NCBI GenBank assembly: GCA_024696885.1
Contig: JAILGI010000044.1
Coordinates: 1 to 52,346 of the forward strand
From: Bacilli bacterium
Lineage (GTDB): Bacteria; Bacillota_I; Bacilli_A; RFN20; CAG-826
Direction of reading: 5' to 3'
DNA length: 52,346 nucleotides
In this document: piece after piece, positions 1 through 8,245 of the stretch
Position numbering within the stretch: the first letter of the stretch is position 1
Layout: every line of letters begins with the position of its first letter
Notes under the pieces: model-generated
Database searches by the model: none
Seen by the model: only the letters and a program-made list of their open reading frames with translations
What the model was told of the DNA's origin: nothing
Program-made: the position numbers and the translations under genes

Positions 1-360
1 TATTGGAATAACGAACAATACTATGGAATTGGTTTAGGTGCCTCTGGTTATTTAAATAACGTGAGATACGAAAACACAAAAAGCATTAACGGATACCTAA
101 AAGGTATATTTAAGAAAGAGGAAGAAAAAATAACCTTCCAAGATAATCTTGAATATCAAATAATGCTCAATTTAAGAACTAACAAAGGAATTGATTTAAA
201 TCAATTTGAGGATAAATTTGGCTTCGATTTATACAAAAAGAAGCAGGACGTTATTAGTGAACTAGAAAAAGAGAAATTGCTAGAGGTTAAAAGCCATCAT
301 TTAGTGGCCACTTTTGAAGGCATGATGGTGCTCGATCAAATTATCCTCAAACTCTTTTAA
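1..360 (+). CDS. hemW: C-terminal part of a HemW/HemN-like radical SAM protein (5' end outside the window)
   Basis: Frame 1 is open from base 1 (YWNNEQYYGIGLGASGYL...), which resembles the conserved C-terminal region of HemW/YqeR-type proteins. The listed ORF 61..360 is only the part after an internal GTG. Confidence 0.65.
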   Translation, partial: YWNNEQYYGIGLGASGYLNNVRYENTKSINGYLKGIFKKEEEKITFQDNLEYQIMLNLRTNKGIDLNQFEDKFGFDLYKKKQDVISELEKEKLLEVKSHHLVATFEGMMVLDQIILKLF

Positions 361-397
361 GACAAACAAGAATGTTTCGTGTTATTATATAAAAACG

Positions 398-1237
398 ATG
401 AAAGTAATAAAAAATCAGTCTTTTACGGGCGAAAGAGCCCTCTTTAGTACTCAAGAAGCAACCATTGAGAATTGCGTCTTTTTTGATGGTGAATCACCTT
501 TAAAAGAAAGCAAGGACCTTCACCTCAGCAATGTCACTTTTCAGTGGAAATATCCACTTTGGTATTGCAAAAATGTTGTATTAGAAAACTCTACAATTGA
601 AGAAACCGCAAGAAGTGGTATCTGGTATATCGATAACATCGAAGTCAAAAACACTAAGATAATTGCTCCTAAGACTTTCAGAAAAGGAAAGCATATCAAA
701 GTGAGGAATTCCGATTTTCCTCATGGACAAGAAACACTATGGGGTTGTGAAGATATAAATATCGAAAACTCCCATATTGTGGGTGATTATTTTGCTTACT
801 TTAGTAATAATATTCATATAAAAAACGTCCAAATTGATGGCAATTATGCCTTTGATTCTTGTGAGGATATTCTTGTTGAAAACTGCATCTTAAATAGCAA
901 AGATTCATTCTGGAATTGTAAGAATGTCGTTATCAAAGATACGACAATCATCGGTGAATATTTAGCTTGGAACACGAAAAATATTCGTTTTATTAACTGC
1001 AAAATAGAGTCCCATCAAGGTCTTTGCTACATTGAAGATCTATACATGGAAAACTGCACATTAGAAAACTCTGATTTGACGTTTGAATTTTGCAAAAATA
1101 TCGATGTCTCCATTAATTCTGTGGTGGACTCAATTAAAAATCCGATTTCCGGAAGAATAATGGTCAAAGGCGTTAAAGAACTTATCATGGATGAAAAATT
1201 CATTGAACCCAAAAACACAGAAATCATCATTAAGTAA
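398..1237 (+). CDS. uncharacterised beta-helix repeat protein (DUF3737-like)
   Basis: A 279-aa ORF made of degenerate ~20-aa repeats (..N-x-x-I/V-x-N-C/S-x-I..) typical of right-handed beta-helix proteins. It resembles the Firmicutes DUF3737 family from memory. Confidence 0.5.
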   Translation: MKVIKNQSFTGERALFSTQEATIENCVFFDGESPLKESKDLHLSNVTFQWKYPLWYCKNVVLENSTIEETARSGIWYIDNIEVKNTKIIAPKTFRKGKHIKVRNSDFPHGQETLWGCEDINIENSHIVGDYFAYFSNNIHIKNVQIDGNYAFDSCEDILVENCILNSKDSFWNCKNVVIKDTTIIGEYLAWNTKNIRFINCKIESHQGLCYIEDLYMENCTLENSDLTFEFCKNIDVSINSVVDSIKNPISGRIMVKGVKELIMDEKFIEPKNTEIIIK

Positions 1238-1238
1238 T

Positions 1239-2384
1239 ATGAAATATAATTTTGATGAAATAGCGAATAGAAAAAACACCAATAGTGTGAAATACGACGA
1301 ATTCGATTCTGAACTCCCAATGTGGGTTGCAGATATGGATTTTCGTGTGGCGCCCGCGATTGAAAGTGCGATTAAAAAGCAACTCGAAATACTAGCGATT
1401 GGTTATTCATTGATTCCCGATGAATTCTTTAATAGCTTTGCTAATTTTTATAAAAAGCACTACGGAACTACATTTTCCAAAAACGAAATGGTCTATGTAT
1501 CCGGAGTTGTTGCTTCTATAGATGCGACCTTAAAACGCATCGGTAATAAAGGCGATAATGTCGTTGTTTTAGCGCCTATTTACCATACTTTTTATCACTG
1601 TATTGAAAACAACAATAAGAAAGTCCTTCCCTCTAACTTTTTAGTTAATGATGGTAAATACCAAATCGATTTTCTTGATTTAGAGAAAAAACTGTCTTCA
1701 AAGGAAAGTTCCATCCTTTTACTTTGTAACCCACATAATCCGATTGGTAAAATCTTCTCTAAAGAAGAACTACTTAAAATCTCAAAACTCGCCGATAAAT
1801 ATGGTGTGTTTGTCATATCAGATGAAATACATGGTTTATTAGCTTCACCAAACACCAAATACATCCCATATTCCAATGTTAGTGTGAACGATAATTACAT
1901 GGTGTGCTTATCCAATTCCAAAGCCTTTAATATTGCTGGTCTTCAATCTGCAATCGCAGTTATTCCAAATGAAGAAAAAAGAAAATTATTACAAGACGCC
2001 TTCTATGAAGACGATATTGGCGAGCCTAATTTCTTTGCGGTATCCGCTAATATAGCGGCGTTAAACGAAAGTGAAAAATGGCTTGCAGAACTTAATGAAT
2101 ATATTTACGAAAACAAGAAGGTTTTCTTTGAAAAAGTAAATGAAATACCTCGTTTAAAAGTATATTGGGGTGACGCTACCTACATGATGTGGGTGGAATA
2201 TCAAAATGATATTAATTCACGTGAATTCGTAAAAAAACTAAACGAAGAAGAAGGCTTACTGGTGTCCCCAGGGATTCAATTTGGAGAAAGTGGTGAGCAT
2301 CATTTTAGAATCAACCTTGCCACTTCAAGAAAAAATGTCTTGAAAGCAATTCAAAAATTAAAACATTTTATGGAAGGGAAATAG
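1239..2384 (+). CDS. PLP-dependent class I/II aminotransferase, MalY/PatB-type C-S lyase
   Basis: N-terminus MKYNFDEIANRKNTNSVKYD, CNPHNPIGK, and the PLP-lysine motif SNSKAFNIAGL. Start moved to ATG 1239 (in frame, 1 nt after the upstream stop) instead of ORF-track 1191. Confidence 0.8.
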   Translation: MKYNFDEIANRKNTNSVKYDEFDSELPMWVADMDFRVAPAIESAIKKQLEILAIGYSLIPDEFFNSFANFYKKHYGTTFSKNEMVYVSGVVASIDATLKRIGNKGDNVVVLAPIYHTFYHCIENNNKKVLPSNFLVNDGKYQIDFLDLEKKLSSKESSILLLCNPHNPIGKIFSKEELLKISKLADKYGVFVISDEIHGLLASPNTKYIPYSNVSVNDNYMVCLSNSKAFNIAGLQSAIAVIPNEEKRKLLQDAFYEDDIGEPNFFAVSANIAALNESEKWLAELNEYIYENKKVFFEKVNEIPRLKVYWGDATYMMWVEYQNDINSREFVKKLNEEEGLLVSPGIQFGESGEHHFRINLATSRKNVLKAIQKLKHFMEGK

Positions 2385-2386
2385 AT

Positions 2387-2614
2387 ATGTGTTTTTTCAA
2401 GAAAAAAGAACCTAAACCAGTCATTGAAAGTAAATTTACAATGAAACAACATGTTTATTTTCGCAGAAATGGCGAATTAATGTTCGGCTGGATCTATGAA
2501 ATTAAACAAGGAAAAGATGGCAAAATCATATATGATGTCCAAGTTGGTGGTCAATGTCCCGCGGTTATCCATGACCTTCCCGAAGAATCTCTTTGGGTGA
2601 AAAAAGAGAAATAA
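2387..2614 (+). CDS. small hypothetical protein (75 aa)
   Basis: ORF starting 2 nt after the aminotransferase stop and preceded by GAAGGGA. No recognisable motif. An alternative start is the internal Met (MKQHVYF). Confidence 0.4.
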   Translation: MCFFKKKEPKPVIESKFTMKQHVYFRRNGELMFGWIYEIKQGKDGKIIYDVQVGGQCPAVIHDLPEESLWVKKEK

Positions 2615-2700
2615 TTAAGTATCAAAAAAAGCGAAAGGAAAAAGAGAGCAAAAATCTTTTTTCTTTTTTTATTTAAAAAAGACTGGTAAAATTATTGTGT

Positions 2701-4455
2701 ATGAAAACGATAAACATTTTTTACGCTGTAGACGATAACTACATCAACTTACTTAAAGTAGCAATGTCATCCATGATTGACAATGCCTCACCAAACTACA
2801 AATATCATGTCTATGTTTTGCACACTTCATTGTCCATGGCATCAAAGAAGATTCTAAAACAAGGAGTTAAACGTAAAAACTTACAAATATCCTTCTTTAA
2901 TGTCCAAGCTCAAATGGAGTTGCTCTCCAAAAAATTAAATGTTAGAGATTATTACACCTTAACAACTTACTACCGTTTGATTTTACCAAACACCTTTGTT
3001 TTTATAAACAAAGCTATCTATTTAGATTCCGATATCGTTGTTAAAGGCGATATTTCTAAGCTCTATGAATATCATTTAGGTGAAAACCTTGTCGGCGCGG
3101 TTAAAGATGGATCCGTCCAAATCTTCGATGAATTCATCACCTACGTCGAAAAAGCTTTAGATATTCCTCATGAACATTACTTCAACGCTGGTATTCTTCT
3201 CATGAACCTCAAGAAGATGAGAGAATTCCACTTTGAAAAGAAAGTTACTGAATTAGTTAAAAAAGTCTCATTTAAGGTCGCTCAAGACCAAGACTTGTTA
3301 AACGTCATTTGTAAAGATCGTGTTTTATATTTACCAGAGTCCTGGAACAAAATGCCTTTAGGCGAAAAGATTCCTGAGCCAAATATCATCCATTACAACT
3401 TAATCCTCAAACCATGGAAACAAGATGACATCATGTACGAAGATGTCTTCTGGGCGCTTGCTGGTAAATATGGTGTGAGTGATATCCTTTTAGATTTTAA
3501 ATCTAAAATCCCAGAAGAAAGACGTATCCAAGAACGCGAAGGCATTGAAAACGTTAAAGCCCTTTGCTTATACGAAGCAAAGAGAAAGAGATACTACAAA
3601 GAAGGTATCAAATTTCTTAGTGAAGAAGAGAAGACCGAAAGACAAATCATTCTCGAACGTATTCAAGAATTTGAAAAAGCGGGAACATTTGATAAGGATG
3701 TCGAAAATGATCCTCCATTCACCCCTCTTCAACCTGGTGACGTCGATTATTTAAGAAAGAGATTTATCAACAAAATCAGAACAAGAGTGACGATTAGAAA
3801 ATCCAATAAGTTCTTCAACAACCTCATTAAGCAAGGTCAAATAGTTATTGATGGATATGAAAATGTGGAAATCCTTAAAGGTTTAAAAACTGGCGCTGTA
3901 TTAACCGCTAACCACTTCAATCCATTCGATAGCATTCCGATTCATAAAGCCGTAGCGAAATATGCACCGAAGAAGAAATTATTCAAAGTTATCCGTGAAG
4001 GTAACTGGACATTCCCAGGCCTTTATGGTCAATTTATGCGTAACTGCAACTCCCTCCCATTAGCATCTAACACTTTAGTGTTAAGACAAATGATTCGCGC
4101 GACTGACACCATCTTAAAACGTGGTGACCTTGTCTTAATCTACGCTGAACAATCTATGTGGTGGAACTATCGTAAACCAAAGCCATTAAAACCAGGTGCC
4201 TTTAGATTTGCGGCAACCGCAAATGTCCCTGTTATCCCAACATTCATCACAATGAGAGATACGGACAAAAAGGACCAAGATGGTTATCCAATTCAAGCTT
4301 ATACACTCCATATTTTGGAACCAATCTATCCAGATCCATCATTATCCGTCGCGGAAAATGTGAAGAACATGAAAGCCGCTAACGAATTAGCTTGGAAAAA
4401 TATTTACGAAAAAGTGTATGGTATTCCATTAGAATACACAACCGTTAAGAAATAA
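2701..4455 (+). CDS. fusion protein: N-terminal family-8 glycosyltransferase plus C-terminal PlsC/LPLAT-type acyltransferase
   Basis: GT8 motifs: IFYAVDDNY, DxD in YLDSDIVV, HYFNAGILLMNL, DQDLLN, KPW. Acyltransferase motifs: H-x4-D in ANHFNPFD, REG, VPVIP. ATG 2701 is preferred to TTG 2695. Confidence 0.75.
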   Translation: MKTINIFYAVDDNYINLLKVAMSSMIDNASPNYKYHVYVLHTSLSMASKKILKQGVKRKNLQISFFNVQAQMELLSKKLNVRDYYTLTTYYRLILPNTFVFINKAIYLDSDIVVKGDISKLYEYHLGENLVGAVKDGSVQIFDEFITYVEKALDIPHEHYFNAGILLMNLKKMREFHFEKKVTELVKKVSFKVAQDQDLLNVICKDRVLYLPESWNKMPLGEKIPEPNIIHYNLILKPWKQDDIMYEDVFWALAGKYGVSDILLDFKSKIPEERRIQEREGIENVKALCLYEAKRKRYYKEGIKFLSEEEKTERQIILERIQEFEKAGTFDKDVENDPPFTPLQPGDVDYLRKRFINKIRTRVTIRKSNKFFNNLIKQGQIVIDGYENVEILKGLKTGAVLTANHFNPFDSIPIHKAVAKYAPKKKLFKVIREGNWTFPGLYGQFMRNCNSLPLASNTLVLRQMIRATDTILKRGDLVLIYAEQSMWWNYRKPKPLKPGAFRFAATANVPVIPTFITMRDTDKKDQDGYPIQAYTLHILEPIYPDPSLSVAENVKNMKAANELAWKNIYEKVYGIPLEYTTVKK

Positions 4456-5072
4456 TGCTTTTATATCTATTAGTCATCTTCATTTCAACAGCTATTATTG
4501 CCGTAGTTAATATTTTAACCAACCCAATGAATGAACCGTGGTATTACTATTTGTTAATGACTTTAGCCATGGTTGCCGCTGCTTTTGTAGTGGATGCAAT
4601 AGTGGCCATTATTGGAAGACGTCTTCCAAAGAAATGGATGGACCCAAATAAGAAGATTTTTACTGCAAGTAAAAAAGAAATGAAGTTTTATGAGAAAATC
4701 AAAGTCCAAAAATGGAAGGATAAAGTTCCTGAACTCGGCGGATTTACCGATTTCCATAAAAACAAATTAGTGGATCCATGGAATAATGCGTATGTCAGCC
4801 GTTATCTATTAGAAGCTTGTTATGGAGTGGTGATTCATCTATTCTCGCCATTCTTCAGCTTCTTAATTCTTCTCGCCGACTATAAGATTTATTCCGGATG
4901 GTCATGGACCTGGTTAACCATAGGTTTACCAGTAGCGATTATTAACGCTATATTGATTGTCCTTCCAACCTTCATTCTTAAATACAATATTCCAAAATTA
5001 AAAATGCTTTACGAAATTAATCGTAAAAACGAAGAAAGAAAAGCAAAGCAACAAGCAGAGGAAAACAAATAA
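4455..5072 (+). CDS. polytopic membrane protein, CrtO-like (glycosyl-4,4'-diaponeurosporenoate acyltransferase-like)
   Basis: Four hydrophobic helices. The loop FYEKIKVQKWKDKVPELGG resembles the WFYVRKWKHK loop of staphylococcal CrtO (from memory). Its start overlaps the upstream stop (TAATG). Confidence 0.4.
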   Translation: MLLYLLVIFISTAIIAVVNILTNPMNEPWYYYLLMTLAMVAAAFVVDAIVAIIGRRLPKKWMDPNKKIFTASKKEMKFYEKIKVQKWKDKVPELGGFTDFHKNKLVDPWNNAYVSRYLLEACYGVVIHLFSPFFSFLILLADYKIYSGWSWTWLTIGLPVAIINAILIVLPTFILKYNIPKLKMLYEINRKNEERKAKQQAEENK

Positions 5073-5085
5073 GCCTCTGCTTTTT
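5054..5085. terminator. bidirectional rho-independent terminator between convergent genes
   Basis: AGCAGAGG (5054..5061) pairs with CCTCTGCT (5074..5081) across a 12-nt loop, followed by TTTTT. It lies between the 4455..5072 gene and yggS. Confidence 0.7.
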
Positions 5086-5716
5086 ATTTGAATAAAATAC
5101 GACCTAAGCGAATATGAGTGGCGTGATGTTTTAAAGCGATTAAATAATCGTCACTCATACCCATAGATAAATAAGGAAGAGAAATGTGAAGTTTTTCTTC
5201 GATTTCGTTTCGTAATAAATGTAGTTTTTCAAATTGTTCGTCTAAAGAATCGCTAGCGGCGTTTTTAACCGCCATCATCATTAGACCAACTAGGTGAATC
5301 TTCTCGTATTTTAAACACTCTTTAACAGAGTTAAGAACGCATTCCATTTTGACACCGTTCTTACTTTCTTCATTATTAACCGACACTTCGATAAAACAAT
5401 CGAGAGGAGTTTCTCTTAAAACGTTGATTTTCTCCGCTAGGAGGAGCGAATCTAAGGAATGTAAGCAATCGATCTTGTTGATGACTTTATGCGCCTTGTT
5501 GCGCTGTAAATGGCCAATAAAATGCCAAGATAATTTTAAAGACTGCAAAGAATCATATTTTTCTAAGAAAGCATCCACTCTATTTTCACCAAAATTAGTT
5601 ATACCAGCGTCATACAAAGTACGAATATCATTGGCGTCAGCGTACTTACTCGCAGCCACAACGGTAACATTATTAGGGATAGTGGATAAGAAACTTTTGA
5701 TATCTTCACGAACCAT
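5084..5716 (-). CDS. yggS: YggS/YlmE-family PLP homeostasis protein
   Basis: VTVVAASKY (PLP lysine), FGENRV and WHFIGHLQRNK motifs; 210 aa. Confidence 0.85.
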   Translation of the reverse strand: MVREDIKSFLSTIPNNVTVVAASKYADANDIRTLYDAGITNFGENRVDAFLEKYDSLQSLKLSWHFIGHLQRNKAHKVINKIDCLHSLDSLLLAEKINVLRETPLDCFIEVSVNNEESKNGVKMECVLNSVKECLKYEKIHLVGLMMMAVKNAASDSLDEQFEKLHLLRNEIEEKLHISLPYLSMGMSDDYLIALKHHATHIRLGRILFK

Positions 5717-5895
5717 AAAACTATCTTATAACAGAATAAAAAGATTAACAAAAATAATGATTATTTATCATTTGGTAAAAAGCATGAGATAGTGTATCCT
5801 ATATTTAGTTATTTGAACGGTCTTGTGACATTAAAAAGTAATCATTTTACTAAATTACATTATCAAAGATAAAGAAATGTTAACAAAGTTAAAAA

Positions 5896-5923
5896 CTACT
5901 AAAAAACGACTAAATAACTACTA
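5896..5923 (-). repeat. 11-bp-phased TAGTAG array, locus A (3 units)
   Basis: + strand cores CTACTA 5896, CGACTA 5907, CTACTA 5918, spaced exactly 11 and 11 bp. The last core runs into the AGGAGG RBS of the 5933 gene. Confidence 0.8.
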
Positions 5924-5932
5924 GGAGGATAT

Positions 5933-6841
5933 ATGGACTCTCTTAAGACTTTAATGGATAAAAAACAATACGCTTTGGTTCTTAAACTGACAGAAAATAG
6001 CGTAGATCCCACTTATCTTTTTTATCGTATAAGCGCGTTGCTCGCCACGGGCAAAGCGGAAGAATCTTTAGCCTGCATCAAGGCGAATAGAGAACTCTTA
6101 GAATCCAACTTAAGCATCCTTATCCGTGTCCATATGGAAATCCTTTGCCTATTAGGAAGATTTGATGAGGCCTATGAAGAATTAAAGCATTATGAAAATC
6201 TTCCTTATGTCTCTCAACAAGTAGAGGAATTATTACGCTCCATGCCTCAATATATACGTTCTGAGGAAAAGAAGTCTTTTGGTTCAAAAGAGATGAATGA
6301 TGATCAAGTTATTAAACTCCTTCGCTCCGATGATATGAACGATGTTCTTATCGCTCTTGACATAGTCAAAAGTCGCAAAATTGAACCATTCTTAAACGAT
6401 TTAAGAGCTTTGATGGTTAATCACCCACTTCAATCTATTCGTTCCTTCACTTTATTTGTCCTTGTACAAAATGAATTTAAGCAAGAAGTCGCGTTCAAGC
6501 ACATTGATGAAATCATTCACGTTGTGCCCGCTAATTTAGAACCTCCATTTTCCACAAATCAGTTTAATAATGTGGTGAGAAAGATATCTCATGAATATAA
6601 AAATCCATCCTTAGAGGAAACCGCGATTCAAATCCTTTCTACCTACATCATGTATATTTATCCTGATGTTATCGCTTATAGCGATGAAGTTATCATTGAA
6701 GCTTTATTCCAAATTGGTAACACCTATTTACAGACAAGTGATTCTAAAGATTTATCATCTCGCTGTGTAGAAAAGAAAATCAGCCTTGTTGAAGTCAAAG
6801 AATTAATCGATAAAATCAATAAAGCATTAAACGATTTCTAA
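5933..6841 (+). CDS. hypothetical all-helical protein (TPR-like N-terminus)
   Basis: 302-aa ORF with a strong RBS (AGGAGG, 5923..5928). Helical-repeat character, with no catalytic motif recognised. Confidence 0.6.
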   Translation: MDSLKTLMDKKQYALVLKLTENSVDPTYLFYRISALLATGKAEESLACIKANRELLESNLSILIRVHMEILCLLGRFDEAYEELKHYENLPYVSQQVEELLRSMPQYIRSEEKKSFGSKEMNDDQVIKLLRSDDMNDVLIALDIVKSRKIEPFLNDLRALMVNHPLQSIRSFTLFVLVQNEFKQEVAFKHIDEIIHVVPANLEPPFSTNQFNNVVRKISHEYKNPSLEETAIQILSTYIMYIYPDVIAYSDEVIIEALFQIGNTYLQTSDSKDLSSRCVEKKISLVEVKELIDKINKALNDF

Positions 6842-6856
6842 AAAGATTATGAAATA

Positions 6857-6886
6857 AGTCGAAACCATTAAGTTTCGGCTTTTTTT
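6857..6886 (+). terminator. rho-independent terminator
   Basis: A 9-bp stem, AGTCGAAAC / GTTTCGGCT (one G-U pair), with a 6-nt loop, then TTTTTTT. Confidence 0.7.
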
Positions 6887-6887
6887 C

Positions 6888-6917
6888 TTGCGTGTAACAT
6901 GCGTTTATGTGTATAAT
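6888..6917 (+). promoter_or_regulatory. candidate sigma-A promoter of tig
   Basis: TTGCGT (6888..6893), an 18-nt spacer, then TATAAT (6912..6917), about 30 nt upstream of the tig start. Confidence 0.45.
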
Positions 6918-6948
6918 ACGAAACGCACATGTTTGGAGGTATATATAC

Positions 6949-8223
6949 ATGGAAAGAAAATTAACAAAGCTCGAACATTCACATGTTGAAGTGCTTGTCA
7001 CCGTGGATGCGAAGACTTGGAAAGATGCGCAAAAGAAAGCTTTTGATAAAGAAGCAGCGAACGTTGAAATCCCAGGTTTCCGTAAAGGTAAAGCACCAGA
7101 AAACTTAGTGAAATCAAAAGTTAATCAAATGAAAGTAATGGACGAAGCTATCAACGCTTTATTACCAGTTGCTTATCGTGAGATTATAGAACAAGATGGT
7201 GTTAAACCATACGCTCAACCAAAGGTTGATATTACCAAATTAAGCGATACTGAATTAGAAATTAAGTTCACAATTGTCACCGCTCCAGAAGTGAAGTTAG
7301 GTGCTTATAAAGGCTTAAAGATTGGTCATAACGAAGTCAAGGTTGATCCTGAAGAAGTCGAAACCGCAATTAAGAAAGTGTTAAGTGAAAACGCTTCCTT
7401 AGTGGTTAAAGAAGATGTCGCTAAAGAAGGCGACACAGTTATCTTAGACTTTGCTGGTTCAATCGATGGCAAAGCATTCGAAGGTGGTTCTGCTCAAAAC
7501 TATGAATTGGAACTCGGATCCCATGCTTTCATCCCTGGCTTTGAAGAACAATTAGTGGGTCATAAAGCTGGTGAACACGTTGATGTCAACGTCAAATTCC
7601 CAGAAAACTATGTCGAAGAATTAAAAGGCAAAGATGCTGTCTTCGCATGTGACATTCACGAAGTGAAAGAAAAGAAACTTCCTGAATTAAACGATGAATT
7701 CGTCAAAGAATTAAAACTCAAAGACGTCGAAACAGTTGCTCAATTAAGAGCCAACAAAGAAGCGGAAATCAAAGCGAATAAAGAAAACGCGGAAAAGAGA
7801 GACTACATGGATAAATTACTCTCTGAAATCGCGAAGAACGCACAAGTGGAAATCCCAGATGAAATCCTCGATAACCAAGTCGCAAGTCGTAAAGAAGACT
7901 TTGAAAAGAGAATTTCTCAATCCGGATTCACCCTTGAAAAATATCTCCAAGTTTTAGGTCAAAAAGAAGAAGAATTCTTAGCCCAAATTAGAAAAGACGC
8001 TCTCAGAGATGTTACTCACTATGTCATCATGGAAGAAATCGGCAAAGCCGAAGGTATTGAAATCACCGAAGCAGATTTAGAATTTGAATTTGCAAGAATG
8101 GCAGAACAATACAACATGAAAATCGAAGACATTAAGAAAGCATTAAGCAGCCAACTCGGAGACATGAAGAACAGTTTATTCATGACTAGAGTGGAACAAT
8201 TCCTAACTGAAAATAACGATTAA
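6949..8223 (+). CDS. tig: trigger factor
   Basis: MERKLTKLEHSHVEVLVTVD..., GFRKGKAP ribosome-binding signature, FKBP-type middle domain. Start set at ATG 6949 behind GGAGG rather than ORF-track 6907. Confidence 0.9.
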   Translation: MERKLTKLEHSHVEVLVTVDAKTWKDAQKKAFDKEAANVEIPGFRKGKAPENLVKSKVNQMKVMDEAINALLPVAYREIIEQDGVKPYAQPKVDITKLSDTELEIKFTIVTAPEVKLGAYKGLKIGHNEVKVDPEEVETAIKKVLSENASLVVKEDVAKEGDTVILDFAGSIDGKAFEGGSAQNYELELGSHAFIPGFEEQLVGHKAGEHVDVNVKFPENYVEELKGKDAVFACDIHEVKEKKLPELNDEFVKELKLKDVETVAQLRANKEAEIKANKENAEKRDYMDKLLSEIAKNAQVEIPDEILDNQVASRKEDFEKRISQSGFTLEKYLQVLGQKEEEFLAQIRKDALRDVTHYVIMEEIGKAEGIEITEADLEFEFARMAEQYNMKIEDIKKALSSQLGDMKNSLFMTRVEQFLTENND

Positions 8224-8245
8224 TTTAATTAAAAGGAGGTAAATT

